Assembly: GCA_964016885.1 (NCBI GenBank)
Contig: OZ024750.1
Coordinates: forward strand, 26,164,001 to 26,228,000
Source of the DNA: Eledone cirrhosa
Lineage: Eukaryota
DNA: 64,000 nt
Direction of reading: 5' to 3'
Both the position numbers and the translations under genes were made by a program. A model generated the notes under the pieces. That model was not told where the DNA came from. It made no database searches and saw only the letters and a list, made by a program, of their open reading frames with translations. This document shows positions 15,738 through 29,500 of this stretch, in pieces. Within the stretch, counting starts at the first letter, position 1, and each line of letters opens with the position of its first letter.

Positions 15738-16263
15738 CCTTAAAAGGTCGAGCGGAGGTGGCGAAGACTTACATAGCGAATTTCTGTTTTCCTCTGTATA
15801 GTGGCTATGGTAAAAGAGGTTATAAGGTGGACAAGATGGAGAGGGCTGAGGACAGATGCCTTTCACTCCGGACAACTCATTCCCTTCTTTAGGTACCACT
15901 TTAGAAGGAAAATCAGAGTGGAGAGAAAGGCACTGCACTCCAGTAAATTTACTGGAATGTGGGTGAATGTAGCAAAAGTGGCCCGAGAGATTGGGCCTTC
16001 TCATTATATAAACCTGTAGGTTGAAGAAGAGAGCAAAAGAAAGAATGGAGCACTTGCACAACACGCTCCTGGAGTTGAGGGTTGTTCAATCTACGGGGTA
16101 TAAAACAATCCATTTGTAGCGCCTCCCCCCTGCTGGGGATTTTAATTGTTGAATTTGTGAATTTGTTTGTTAAATTTTTTTTTACACTTTCGTATGTAAA
16201 ATCCCCGGCATATATCCTTGTATTGTCCCCTTTCCTTGGGCACCATTGTGGCAAATAAAGAAA
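15738..16263 (+). mobile_element. Tx1 LINE 3' fragment flanked by (TCTA)n
   Basis: MVKEVIRWTR..GLRTDAF homologous to the 10252 ORF; same 3' UTR. Confidence 0.85.
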
Positions 16264-16269
16264 TCTATA

Positions 16270-16306
<37 letters not shown>

Positions 16307-18195
16307 CTTTACCTATCTATCTACCTATCTACCTATCTATCTATATGTCTGTCTTGTTAGTCCGTACGTCCTTCCCTCCATTCGTCCGTCCATCCTTCCC
16401 GGCTTTTTAGTGTATCGTTTATTGTCAATTACGTGCGTTGACGCTGTTAAATTAAATTTACGTAAATTCAAAAAAATTGCAAGGCACACAATGGACCGAT
16501 TAATCTTATGTCCACTAATAAATGCCGAAATATCTTACATCTTTACTGTTTTTTAAAAAGTAGGAAATATTGATCGATAGACTACAATAGGCACGCCTAG
16601 CTAAAACAACATTATTTTATAATCTTCTCTACGTACGCTCACTTCTCAATTTCATTTCCTTCTCTACATTTCTTTTGACTCTCACTTTTCCTCTTTCTTT
16701 TTTTCTGACCCATCACGCCTTTCTTAACATCACGCCCTCTCTTAGATTTTGAGTGACTACTTCATTGGTTGTCTTGCAAACGTGTAACTAACTACTTAGA
16801 ATAAACATGATATCTTCAGCTACATCTGTATATATCTGTTACTAAATCACATAAGAGAGACGAAATGTGGCTCGAGATTAGTGAGATAAAATCTCTTGTG
16901 GTGGTACCATTTGAAATAGTATAACTGTTTATACATTTTTGTGGGTTGCTCAGATGTCTAGCCACCCTATATAAAGACCCGAATGTTATTGAACATGATT
17001 GTTCATTTTTGGACAAAGGTTTCAGTGTGAGAATAACATGATAGCTTGCCGTGTTCCTTTCAGGATCATCTTCTAATTCCACTGACTTCATAGTTCCAAT
17101 GACTTTCAAGGAGGGCAAAGATAAAATATCTCCCATTGGAAACTTTTAGCTAGACAAAGCAGAACTATAGAATGTAGTCAACTTTTGGAAGACTACATTT
17201 TCTATTAGGGCTTACTTTTGACTCATGTTTTCTTTTAATCATTACAGGCTTTCGATAGAAGAATGTAGACGACTACAGTTTTCCGGCTGGATGAGCTACA
17301 GATATCAAAGGAAGAGTTACTTGCAACTCTAATGTGTCGCATTTCTCTTTCTATGTTTATAATATTAATAATTGAAACTATCAATATTTTAAATCCATTA
17401 AACAATAAAAAAAAGTTGAGGATCAGATTCTCACATTTTTTTTTTCCTTAAATGATTGTCAAAATCAAAGAGAAATTCCCACATGACACTCTCGTCTGAA
17501 TTTCTTGTTTGATGCTCAAGTTGAACATCTGTAAATCATTGTTAAAAACATGAGCCGGGATATAAAAACTAGGTGGGCATTGTTCTGGACAGGAGACATT
17601 ATGGGGAAAGAACAATATTAATAAGAAAAAATATGAGAGTTGGCTAGGATACGATGAATACGCATGTATGTGACACATGTATGTGACAATCTAAGCAGGA
17701 GTAAAGTGTAGCAAATTTTGAGTTGCAGAGTGCCTCATTAGAGGCAATAACAATGTAGAGCAGAGGTTCTCAACGGGGGGCATATGACCCCGGGGGCGTT
17801 TCGTAGCTCCAGTAGGGGGGGGGGGGGCGTTTTGGCGCAAGGGGCGTGGGGAGAGGTGTATGAAGATTTGGGGGCGCTAGGCTATTTACTTAGGTAGATT
17901 TTATAAGCCATATTTTTACGGCTCTGAGACAGCCAATCAGAATGCATTTGAATAAAGAAAACTAAGAAAATAAATAAAAGAAGCTTGTCAACCAATTCCC
18001 CAGGGAGATAAATGAAAAACGAAAGAAATCAAAGAAAATGAATATAAGGACAACGACAACTTTTACAACAGTTACAAGAACAACAGAATCGACAAGAAAA
18101 AGAAGCAATGGTGATGAAAGGTTTGGGTGTATACATATACATACATAGAATCATACAAACACATGCATACATACATCGTTTTCGAGTACGGCCAC

Positions 18196-18769
18196 TACTT
18201 TATATCTATGTAGAAGAACCCCTACCGATGCGCTGAACAAGTGTGACTTTTTAGACCAGCCGGCGACTTGAAAACTCTGGTACAAACACTACACCTGTGA
18301 CATTTATTGACACATAGTGCTGGGCCCATGGTGCCATGTGACGACAAGGGCAGAGAGATCTCCAGATATAAAGCAATGCCTGTGCTGTGAAGCCTTTATA
18401 GCGAGCAAAGGCACTGCACAAAGCCAGTCCCACTCTCTTAACCATGATGATATTTACCAAAAAGAAGAACAAGTCAACATCATTGGATACCATCAGGGTT
18501 GCAGGTGTTATATCAGAGTTTTCCTTCTCCTAGAATTCTGCCTTGACAAAGGCTAAGGGGTCATCTCTCCCAGTGATTTTGGATGGCCATTGACTCTTAA
18601 GAGCTCCGTTGCCCTTTGACAGGTTTTGTTTTTAGTCCTGCAGGATGTCCAAAGTCACCCTCCTCACCAAGAAACCTTGGTGGGGTTGCCAGTTTAGTCG
18701 CCAACGACCCGACCATGAGACAGGCTGTACTGGAATACATGTTACCAGTAGCACCAACTGGTGACCTGA
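18196..18769 (-). mobile_element. Short RTE-derived non-autonomous element next to (CATA)n
   Basis: Homologous to 30147-30717, which ends in a C2H2 remnant CSVCTRVFKSLAGLKSHTRSAHR. Confidence 0.6.
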
Positions 18770-18959
18770 CATACATACATACATACATACATACATACAT
18801 ACATACATACATACATACATACGATGGCGACCGTTGTGGTCAGTGTCTGATAATCGGACGTGTGTAATTACGGCTTACATGAAGGCAACATACTATATAT
18901 TGGAAAAAGTTGAGCTACATTACGCGGTAAGATTACATACAATAATTCTACATAAGTGT

Positions 18960-19260
18960 TTGAACTGTAAGTGTGTTGTAAAACACCTATTTATATGAAC
19001 GATACATACACTTTAACATATAAATGCAACGTTGTTATATTACATTTATAAAGAAATATACAAGTAACGTTTTCGATTCAGAAACAAAACATAGGTGTTT
19101 GAAATGTGAATATGTTGTGAATAAGTTGTAGAACACCTATTTATATGAATGATACATAAACATTAACATATAAATACAGCGTTGTTATATTATATTACAT
19201 TCATAAAGAAATATACTAAGTAACGGTTCTTTTTGTTCTCGATTCAAGAACAACGTTTAA
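18960..19260. repeat. ~150-bp tandem duplication
   Basis: AACACCTATTTATATGAA...AAAGAAATATAC occurs twice. Confidence 0.75.
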
Positions 19261-19419
19261 AACACAGTTGTAGAATTAAAAACTAACTGAAAAGAAATAT
19301 TACCCAAGCTGTGAAAATCTTTAAATTTGATTCTGATAGAACTTTGTCGAAACTTTTAAAGAAGATCATCGACTATTTTGAAAAATAAATACGAAATATT
19401 AGTGAATAGACGAACTCAT

Positions 19420-21700
19420 CATGGTAAAATGTACAAGTCTCCTTCGACCAAATCGCAACTACAACCGTTGTATACAGTGAAGGCACGAGCTTAACCAAGA
19501 ATTATATGAAGCATACAAACAATCTGAACCCCAAAAGTTCGGTTTTATGCAAAGGCTAAAAACTTTGTGGAACTCCAAACACCCAGAATTAGACTTTTCT
19601 CCAAAGCATTTAAATGAACAGGCAAAACGTATCATTAGATGTAAATTGATACATCTAACGGAATTGAGTGATACTACAAATACAGCCCTTGCAGACAACC
19701 ACCCCACCTCCACTGACAGACAAAGAGAATGGCCAGCTAAATCTAACAGTGAACAGCTCACCAACAATTTTGCTGAAATCCATCCCACTTCCACTGAAGA
19801 ACAGCGAGAAAGGTCAGCTAACTCTAGTAGTAATTGTCACCACATCAACAACGAGGCTGAAATTCATGACTCTACTGTACAAACAGAAGACCAAAAACTA
19901 GTGGACACCTTACAAGTGAAATGGGACGATATGTTTCAAGAGATACACAGCGTTAATGTGAGTGACAGACCATACAAGACCAGAACCAGTAAAGAACCCA
20001 CTAAATTGGAATTGGAAGCGGTGAACGAAATAGCTGGCAATTATCTGAAGGTTATACGATCTAAAGGTGTAGAAACGACATTTGAAACGCTTAATATTTT
20101 GTTATGTTTCAGCTGTCACATTGCTATCATATAACACACATCTAAAACTACGTAATCAAGATACAAACAAAAAGCCTGAACCAGCGTGCATGCGAAATTT
20201 AAAAAGCAAAATTTTGTCCCTAAGACGAAGTATCTCACACATCGCAGTCGTTATGAAATGCAACATAGAGAGCAACTTCACACGACACCAGGAAGACCTA
20301 AAAAAAAAGTTAGAGAGACGATTTGGAGATACAAAATTTAAAACTTTGAACTCCAAATTACACCAGTTGAAACAACAACTCACAGCTACAACAGAAAGAC
20401 TAAAATATAAGTCAACAGCACATAAACGACAAGTACTAAATAGATTGTTTGCCAGAGATCCTAAATCAGTTTATCGCAGCTTCGGTGGCAAAAGCTCAAT
20501 CCCTGTAAATGACACCCCTTCAAAAGAACAGGTTGAGAGCTACTGGAGATCTGTATGGGAAACGGATGACGGATTCAACCGACAAACTAATTGGCTAAAA
20601 GAACTGGAACAGGACTACTGCCAACATGTCCAGACAAAACAATATGACATAGATGGGTCAATACTGGAAACAGCTCTACAGAAAATGTCGAATAGGAAAT
20701 CACCAGGCCAAGACCTCATTACAGGATACTGGTTGAAGAATTTCACTTTCTATCGGCAAGATCTCATACGGCTGTTTACAGAAACCATTAAAGGCACACA
20801 AGAACTGCCCAGATGATTATCAACTGCCACTACTCTCCTCATTCCCCAAAATAGCCAAACCACCCTTGCTAAAAATTACCGCCCAATAGCCTGCCAAAAC
20901 ATCATGTATAAATTATATACTGGGTGCCTTAACCTGTTCTTACAGGATCACTGTGATACCAACAACATCATAACACCTGAGCAAGCTGGTAGAAAGAGGG
21001 AGGTGTGGGGTTGCATAGATCACCTACTAACTAATAAAATGATTCAGGAAAAAACAACAAAGAATCGCAGAAACATGACTGTGGTGTGGCTGGACTATCA
21101 AAAAGCATTTGATAGTGTACCTCATGGGTGGATTATTAAGGCTTTACAGTTAGCCAAAGTCCCACAAACATTGGTAGCTGCTGTTGAACGCATGACCAAG
21201 AACTGGTACACCGATTTGATCCTTAGAGGTGAGAAGGAGCAAGTTAAGACTGATAAGATACATTACCAGAAGGGCATCTTTCAGGGTGATAGCTTGTCAG
21301 TGCTACTCTTCGTTCTCTCACTAAATCCACTATCTTACCTACTCAGAAAACAAGGTGGACAAAGAAGTGGGTCCAGAAGTATCTCCCATCTTTTCTTTGT
21401 TGATTACCTGAAGTTGTATGGGCCAAATACCAATGACACCAAGAAACAATTGGACCTCATTACACAATTTTAAACACAGGAGTTTACAAATCCAGTATCC
21501 AAGATACACCTTTACCTTCATACCCATCATTATTGGAGCTACGGGTTATATACTAACCCGCTTGAACCAAAGTATGACTGAACTTGGATTTGCGGACAAA
21601 GAGCGCAGCTCCCTCATTTATAGTCTACAAATGGATGCGATAGCCGGTACCTTCAACATTTTCAAAACATTCTTGCGATTCAAGGGATGGCAATTTCTTT
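19420..21700 (+). mobile_element. R4/Dong-clade non-LTR retrotransposon, frameshifted and internally deleted
   Basis: N-terminal W..KHPEL..L.EQA, KSPGQD, NYRPIAC, EQAG, WLDYQKAFDSVPH, GIFQGDSLS, C-terminal IPIIIGATG. Confidence 0.8.
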
Positions 21701-21931
21701 TCTTTTACAACCTTGCCACCAGTCAACGCAATCAGTCGCATATTTTGGCGTGGGAGGCTATTTATTAAATTTAAGATGAATACTATCTCCGACAGTAATG
21801 CCACAACTACAGTCATGTTGAATAATTGGTTATTCTTCTAACTATATCTTCTGAAGACACCTTTTATTCGAATTCGTATAGATATCCGGATAATTACATA
21901 ATTCATTTTACAAGGATTTGCTACAAACAGC

Positions 21932-22915
21932 ATGGCTGAACACAACATCAACAAAAAAATTAATGAAGTACCGAAGACAAATAACAAGGAAGGTAAACAA
22001 ACTTTATTCAGTTGTAGCTACAGAAGAAACCTAAATTATAAATCGCATTTCTCTTGGAGTTGCGAACTTAATAATGATTTATTTAATTGTTATAAAATGT
22101 CAAAAACCAATCCCTCCATTGGCTATATGAACAGAATGAAGCTACACTGGGACGAAATACACCCAGAGCTAAATTATTTCCCAGCGAAACAATTACGCCA
22201 ACAAGCGACGTTTGTTGAACGTAAAAATAAGATAAATATTATTAATTGTAAGTCCCCCACAACAAACATGTTATCAACAGCACGTGCTACAGGTCGCCAT
22301 GCTACTAGACTTCCTAGCAGCCAGGTCGAACAGCGCCTTGAAACAACTATGCCTGTAAGAAACTTGACACCACCTGTACCATCTAAGTCTACCTCGAATG
22401 GTGGGGAAAACACCATCGATAATAATAATAATCGAAGAAATAATAATAATAATCGAAGAAATTTGACACCACGTGTACCATCCGAGTCTACCTCGACTGT
22501 TGTGGAAAATACTATCGATAATGATAATAATCAAAAGTATAAACAATTGAAATATTCCCTCAACGAAATCTTCCAGTGAGAAATTAATTCATGTATAAAT
22601 ATCTCTCTTGCTGAACGTATTAAAACGACAATGTTTCATAAAAAAACAAATAATGAAATATTACGTGTTGACGAAATAGGGGATGAATATTTACGACGGA
22701 TAAAAACCCCAACATTTTGGCAAATCAACGCCTGTTTATATGCCTTAGCAACGACAGTGAAGCATTATCAAACACACAGCATTATCAAACACACAAAAAA
22801 CCTCATTCCTCACCAACAAAGAGTGAAAAATAAAATAGAGACGATGTTTGGTAACAGTAGAACCAGAACTCTCCAATATAAGCTGATCACCATTAAACAA
22901 GAATTGAAGTGAGGC
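21932..22915 (+). mobile_element. 5' part of a second R4/Dong-like element
   Basis: GYMNRMKLHWDEIHPELNYFPAKQLRQQA and KIETMFGNSRTRTL parallel the 19547/20082 ORFs. Confidence 0.65.
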
Positions 22916-23990
22916 CAGCATCAAGCGTTTTCGATACCGCGTAAATACTAAACTAATCATGGGTGATGTCTCGGCCGCAGTCAGAGTGGTTGCCTCAGAG
23001 GACACTGTACTGCAATGCATCGAGGAGGTCATGGCTGCCCTGCGACTCAAGCTCCCTGAGCCACCTGTTGACCTACCCCCACTCGATCCCCAGCTGCTCC
23101 CTGTGGCTTCCATGTCTCATCATGTCCTTCCCAGCTAGCAGCAGCGGAGGTGCTGATGGGCTCCGACCTGGCCACCTCAAGGAGTTGCTCTCCCCTCTCT
23201 CCGCTGAGGTCGGCGGCCGCCTTCTGTGTGCATTTGTGTCACCAATAGGCGCCCTGGATGCTCACGCCTGAGGTTTCTTTTTTTCGGCTTGCCTGACCGC
23301 TCTCAGGAAGAAAGAGGGTTGCATACGCCCCATCGCTGTGGGTAATTTCTTCCGGAGGTTGGCTGCTAAGGTGGTCTCCAGGTCCATAACACCTGAACTG
23401 GATGAGGAGTTCAGTCCGGTGCATCAGGGTGTCGCCGTGTTCGTGGATGTGAGAGGGCGCACATGCAACCAGGCAGTCTTCAACCGGAACCGGCATCCAG
23501 GGACTCCAGGCACCTCATTGTCAAGCTTGACATGAGGGACCATCTGCTTGATGCCTGTCTCAGCCGAACTCTCTCCGGCTACCCGCTGGCCTACCTGTCA
23601 TATGGATCCCAGAGCATGCTCCTTGCTGCTGATACGTTATCTTCGGCCACTGGGGCCTACAGGGTGACCCTTTGATCCCCCTCCTGTTTGCGCTTGGTAT
23701 AAACCACATTGCCCGTAGTATCACGGCCCCTCTCAATGTTTGGTACCTGGATGATGCTACCCTCGAAGAGCCCGTGGAGACTGTCTGCCACGACCTTCAA
23801 TCGGTCTCCAGGTCAACTCGCCCTCCGACAAAAGAAACTTCGGTGTCCTTGGCTCTAGTGCTACCTCTCTATTCACCACCATAGGCGGTATGTGCCTCTC
23901 GAGTTGGAATGGCTCTTCCAGCACATCTGCGTTACCATCCTCCAGGGAAACGCCTTCTCCATTTTGTCCGTCGGGTCTGTGGAGGGCCAG
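22916..23990 (+). mobile_element. CRE-clade non-LTR retrotransposon fragment
   Basis: SSGGADGLRPGHLKELL, RPIAVGNFFRRLAAK, WYLDDATL, WLFQHICVTILQGNA. Confidence 0.75.
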
Positions 23991-24479
23991 CACTTGGGAC
24001 CTCATTTGCTCACCATACGGATTAAGACATATAACCTCTCTTTTTCTTTTATTTACTCTTTTACAATTAAAAGGTTAGTCTTACATAATACTGAAGTAAA
24101 AAAAAACGCAAGCAAATTATATAGTGAAATAGAACATGTGTAATCGACTGATGTTTAGCACAAAGAGTGCACACGTCGTCTCGAGACACTGAACGCTAAC
24201 GATAATTCCGTTAGCATCGTCGTGAAGAACGCCACTAAGACAACATTTTCGGAGTTTTCCTCACTTTCGATTTATAATTTAACCCGGCTTGCAATGTCCT
24301 CCCTTTCTATTGCTGGATTTATTATATTATTAACATGGCAGGTCACTTTAGCAGCTGGTAAGATAAGTGATTTGTTATTCTATTCACTTATTGAATACTT
24401 TGATTTCTTGTCTACGTCAAATATTTTTCTCATTTTCATTAATACTGTCATGTTGTCACCTGATCCTCCATCCTAACAG

Positions 24480-24640
24480 TATTGTTATACTTTGGGAGGG
24501 TCATGTTGCCAATAAGAAACACACGCACCAGTTGCTTTCACTCCATTTTATTATAAATTAAATTTATAAATTTAAGAATTTATAAATTTCGGTTGGTTGG
24601 TTGTACAGTGTGACTGGGGATTCTTCTCTTTGTTTGTGCC
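24480..24640 (-). repeat. Fragment of family E repeat with the hammerhead deleted
   Basis: Matches ~35047-35280 except for the HHR core. Confidence 0.7.
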
Positions 24641-25599
24641 TCTCTATATATATATGTTTGTGCCTCTTCTATATATATATGTCTCTTACTCCACTATATA
24701 TATATATATATATATTTGTGTCTGTGTGTGTGTGTGTGTATGTATGAGCATGTGTATGTACACATGTGTATATGTCATCATTATCATCATCATTTCACGT
24801 CCGCTTTCATCTGTAAGCAAGTTTTGCGTGAGTTACATAGAACAAATTAGTACTGAAGCGTGTCTTCTGACCAATCAGTCAGGCCAAGGTCACATCGAGT
24901 TGTTTTTGACACAAACTGAAGGGTCCTACTCACCCTTTGTTTAGTAAGCTTTCTACGGCCGTATCCCTTTCTTACTACCAACTGCGTTGCAGCCTGTACT
25001 GATTGATTTTATTGTGTAGATCAGCAGGGCTAAGGAGATGGTGTTTTTAAACAACTAAAGGTTTATCTCAATTCTTTTATGTATGGGATCGACAGCGGGT
25101 GAACTTCCACTCACCAACCACTCTGGAGAGGTTGACCATAAATCAAACTGCAGAACCCTTCAAATGTGGAGAAGGGACAATAAGGGACGGAGATAAGTAT
25201 GAAGTTATAGGTATGTGTGGGGGTTTGTTTGGCAAGACAATGAGTAAGGGGTAGCAGTTACTGATTAGTGTATGGGGTGTATTGGTGTGAGGGATGTGGT
25301 CAACATGGTGGAGGTTGTGGCGTGATGGAGAGATAAGAAGCGGGTTTAGGGATGAGTAAGAGTTAGGGATAGCGGATTAGTGTACGGGGAGTGGGGCATG
25401 TAGTGAAGGATGTGGTCGATAGAGATAGGGGTCGTGTTAGAGAGATGGGTAAGGGATAGTGAGAGATAAGGTTTGCTAATAGTGGTGGAGTGAACAATGG
25501 GGAGAGAAAGCAGCTACTATTGGCCAATGGTGAGGATATCTAAGGTGTCTAGTGTTTGAGTGGTTCTCGAGTGTATATGTGTAGTGGATGCCGCATTGG

Positions 25600-26130
25600 G
25601 GAGTACAGATGGGGAAAGTAATCATAGGAGGGAGGGTGTACTTCATGGATGGGTCAGGTCATATTTTATGATTCTGGTCGGGTCTTCATTAACACAGCAT
25701 AGCGCCAGCCACATCTGCCACATCTCTTGTGAGTCCATCGATTTCACTTTGTGCACCTTATAGAACTCCTGCCCAGCCTTTTCTGGCATATCGAACACAG
25801 CCATCTCCCTGATTGTATCCCCTTCTTGTCCTCTTTCGTGCTTAACCCTTTTGCCTGTGATGCGATTAGTTTTAGGCTTTTCAACTCTAAGTTCTTGCAT
25901 GTTTGAAGTTTTGTCCTTTACCATCCTACGGATTCAGTTGAGGTACTCAGTACAGTTTTGAAATACTCAGTGAAGAACAGTGAAGAACAGTGATAAATAG
26001 GAGTGGAATAAGGACTGAGCCCTGGTGGACATCGAACTGCACTTCATCACTCTACTGGCATTCAGCTATTTTATACATGGCCCAAACTGCTTTCACAAGT
26101 CATTCATCTACATGAAAGGTTCTCAACCCA
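25600..26130 (-). mobile_element. Decayed RTE-like LINE fragment
   Basis: Minus-strand VHQGSVLIPLLF RT motif near 26000-26040. Confidence 0.5.
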
Positions 26131-26709
26131 TTTCAGCCAAACGCCCCTTTTGCCCCTCGAAATCACGAAACGCCCCCTACCCTATTTTTCCATTTGTCAA
26201 TATACTACTGATTTTGATATCAGTAGATTACTGGGGCAAATCAAGTTATGTTAGAATCTTTAAAATATACTCGTACGAATTAAATACAAAAAGTTTCAGT
26301 CCAAAATAAAAGCAAACTATTTTAAATTATATATTTTAGAAAAACAGACGTGAATGTTCCCAAAGATTTGATCTCAGTCGAAAAAACCTTTTTTGAAAAA
26401 TTCTATATTTTACTGTTAGCTGTTGTAATATTTTGAATGGATAGACAATTCTACAATTCAAACTGCAAAGTCAAAATACAAAAGATGCAAATTATGAAGA
26501 ATTTCCTACCTTTCTCTGAAATCACAAACTCAGGGGGAAAATAGACCTTGCAAAATAAAATACCTCGTATCAAAATAAAATACTTAGTAGCAACGAATGA
26601 ATTGAGAAGCTTCGTGACAGTGAGAAAGAAATATCTGTATTCCTTACATATATATACATAGATAGATACACACCCACCCATATAAATGCACGCACACACA
26701 CACACACAG

Positions 26710-26796
<87 letters not shown>

Positions 26797-26933
26797 CATA
26801 CACATACACAAACTTCAGTGTGCGTGTGTGTGCCTTGGTTTTGGTACAGAAAGAATTTTGACTCCAGTTTTTATTGCCAGGTCAAACGCCACTGCTCTTT
26901 TTAACGACGCCAAATAACAAGGCCATATATATA

Positions 26934-27498
26934 TTAATTTTTAATTTTTAAAATTTTCTTATTTTACGTCTTTCATATAATTGTTCTGCATCCCCCTGCA
27001 TTGAACCACCTAGGTACTTTGACATAACTTATATATTTACTAGTATTAGTGTACATCTGTACGCATATGTTGGTAGATGTATTAATTCTCTATATTTATC
27101 TCCAAATTATTTGTTGAGCAAACTTACCAAATCTACTGCTAATTCATTATAGTAGTAGTAGGCTCTTGTCATAATACCACCCCACTCCTAATTGACTAAC
27201 CTCAGTGTCACGTGATTGATACTTTAGAATCCACCACTGACCAGAGATAGTGAACTTTTTCAGTGCTATGGAATTTTGTCCCCGCTAGCTTATTACATCC
27301 ACTGAATAATTATTTTTATATCGGTTTCTAGTGTCCGCGCATTGCCTGGGAACTTAGCTGAGAATAGACTCCCTGACGACGTAATGAATTCTCTATAGTT
27401 ATATATAACTATATTTATCCCATTACAGAAACTAATTAGTTGGAGTGAAAGTTTTAGTAAGTTAATTCTTAATTTTTAAAATTTTCTTATTTTACGTC

Positions 27499-27502
<4 letters not shown>
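26934..27502 (+). mobile_element. Family A retrozyme-like monomer (528-bp unit plus ~45-bp terminal direct repeat) in (TA)n
   Basis: Diverged homolog of the 560-bp array unit; TTAATTTTTAAAATTTTCTTATTTTACGTCTTTC at both ends. Confidence 0.8.
27368..27446 (+). ncRNA. Type I hammerhead ribozyme, family A
   Basis: ACTCC-CTGACGA-CGTAATG...CATTACA-GAAA-CTAATTAG-TT-GGAGT. Confidence 0.85.
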
Positions 27503-27568
<66 letters not shown>

Positions 27569-27647
27569 AGAGAAAGATGGAGGGACAGAGAGAGTAAGAA
27601 ATGTGTATGTGTCTGTGTTTCGTACACGTCTATCTATCTATCTATTT

Positions 27648-29170
27648 ATCTAGAATTTACTGAAAGGTGGGTGAATGAAGTGAATATGGCCCGAGTGATT
27701 GGGCCTTCTCTGTTTATAAGCCTGTAGGTTAAAGAAGAGAACAAAAGGAAGAAAGGAGGACTTGCACAATACGCTCCTGGAGTAGAGGGTTGTTCTATCG
27801 ACGGGTATTAAACAACCCATTTGTGGCGCCTCCCCCCTATTGGGGATTTCGATTGTTGTAATTATTTGTTTTATATTTTTTACACGACTGTATGTAAAAT
27901 CCCCGGTATGTTTTTGTATTGTCCCCTTTTCTTGTGCGCCCTTGTGGCAAATATAGAAATCTATCTATCTATATATCTGTGGAAGAAGCAGGCTCCGCTG
28001 GTGAGGACATCCGCCTGCTGTCAGCACCCTTCCAACGGAGGCTGGGAATGCCGCGGCTGATGATGCGCAAACATGCGCTGAGGCTGCGGCATCTCCAGGT
28101 ATTCCTCACCGACCCCCAACCGGTGTGGGCACCATTTGTGAGCAGGCTTTCCCACAGCTCGTCTCGCTGACGAAGCTGCAGTCCTGGGTGAAGAAAAGAC
28201 CGAAAACGATGGGCGCCTGGCACATTGAATGCGCTCAGGCGCTCACAGTCCTCTGGCAAGCGGGCGCAGCAATCAGTGGAGACACCACTTCGACATTCTA
28301 TAGAGGGATTGTACGTTACAAGGGCGACGGCGTGCTCGGAGAGACTCTGGGCGTCGAAGAAGATGAGCTCGCCAGTCTGTTTGGTAGGACTTTCCGCCCG
28401 TGACCTATGGACAACGTCCAGAGGTCCCTGGCCTGGCAGTGCTACCGAGGAGGTCTACTGGTTCCTGACAAGTCCTACAGGTACGGACGCCCCGGCAGGG
28501 ATCCTTCCAAGAGGACGTGTCCAAGATGCGCACAGGACATTGAAACAGTCCTGCACGCAATTGTACACTTCCCGAGCCCAACCGACCTGTGGAACTATGC
28601 AGAACAACTGCTGTCGCGTATGGGACAAATCCAGTTGACTGCCGAGTCCATAGTATGGATCAAACCGCCAGCCTCTTTCAAAAACGAAAGAGAGACGGTT
28701 TTCCTCTGTACGGTGACTATGGTCAAAGAAGTTATATGGTGGACGAGGTTGAGAGGACTCAGGACAGATGCCTTTCTCTCCGGACAACAATTGATTCCGT
28801 TCTTTAAGTATCACTTTAGAAGGAGAATCAGGGTGGAGAGAGAGGCACTGCACCACAGTAAGTTTACTGAAAGGTGGGTGAATGAAGCGAAAATGGCCCG
28901 AGTGATTGGGCCTTCTCTGTTTATAAGCCTGTACGTTGAAGAAGAGAGCAAAAGGAAGAAAGGAGAACTTGCACAACACGCTACTGGAGTTGAGGGTTGT
29001 TCTATCGACGGGGTATTAAATAACCCATTTGTGGCCCCTCGCCCCTATTGGGGATTTCGATTGTTGTAATTGTTTGTTTTTATATTTTTTACACGACTGT
29101 ATGTAAAATCCCGGGCATGTCTTTGTATTGTCCCCTTTTCTTGTGCGCCCTTGTGGCTAATAAAAAAAAA
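27648..29170 (+). mobile_element. Two 5'-truncated Tx1 LINE copies in (TCTA)n
   Basis: Homologous to 8837-11016; ORF 28407-29069 has a zf-RVT-like CPRC. Confidence 0.85.
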
Positions 29171-29287
29171 TCTATCTATCTATCTGTCTATCTCCAACAG
29201 GGGGCTCAAACATTCGGCCCACGAACTAATTTTCTGTGGCCGGTGGTAGAACCAATATTTCATATTGCATTATAACTGGTGAAAATA

Positions 29288-29500
29288 AGGCGGTGAGCTG
29301 GTGGAATCGTTAGCACATCTGCCGAAATGCTTAACGGTACTTCATCCGTTTTTACGTTCTGAGTTCAAATTCCGCCGATCTCAACTTTGCTTTTCATCCT
29401 TTTGGGATCAATGAATTAAGTACCAGTTGTGAACTAGGATCGATGTAATCGACTGAACCCTAAACGCCAAATTTCATGCCTTGTTCCCATAGTAGAAATG
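29288..29500 (+). mobile_element. SINE inside hAT-like MITE (older paralog of 11213-11622)
   Basis: Same nesting and TSD-like flanks as at 11.3 kb. Confidence 0.75.
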
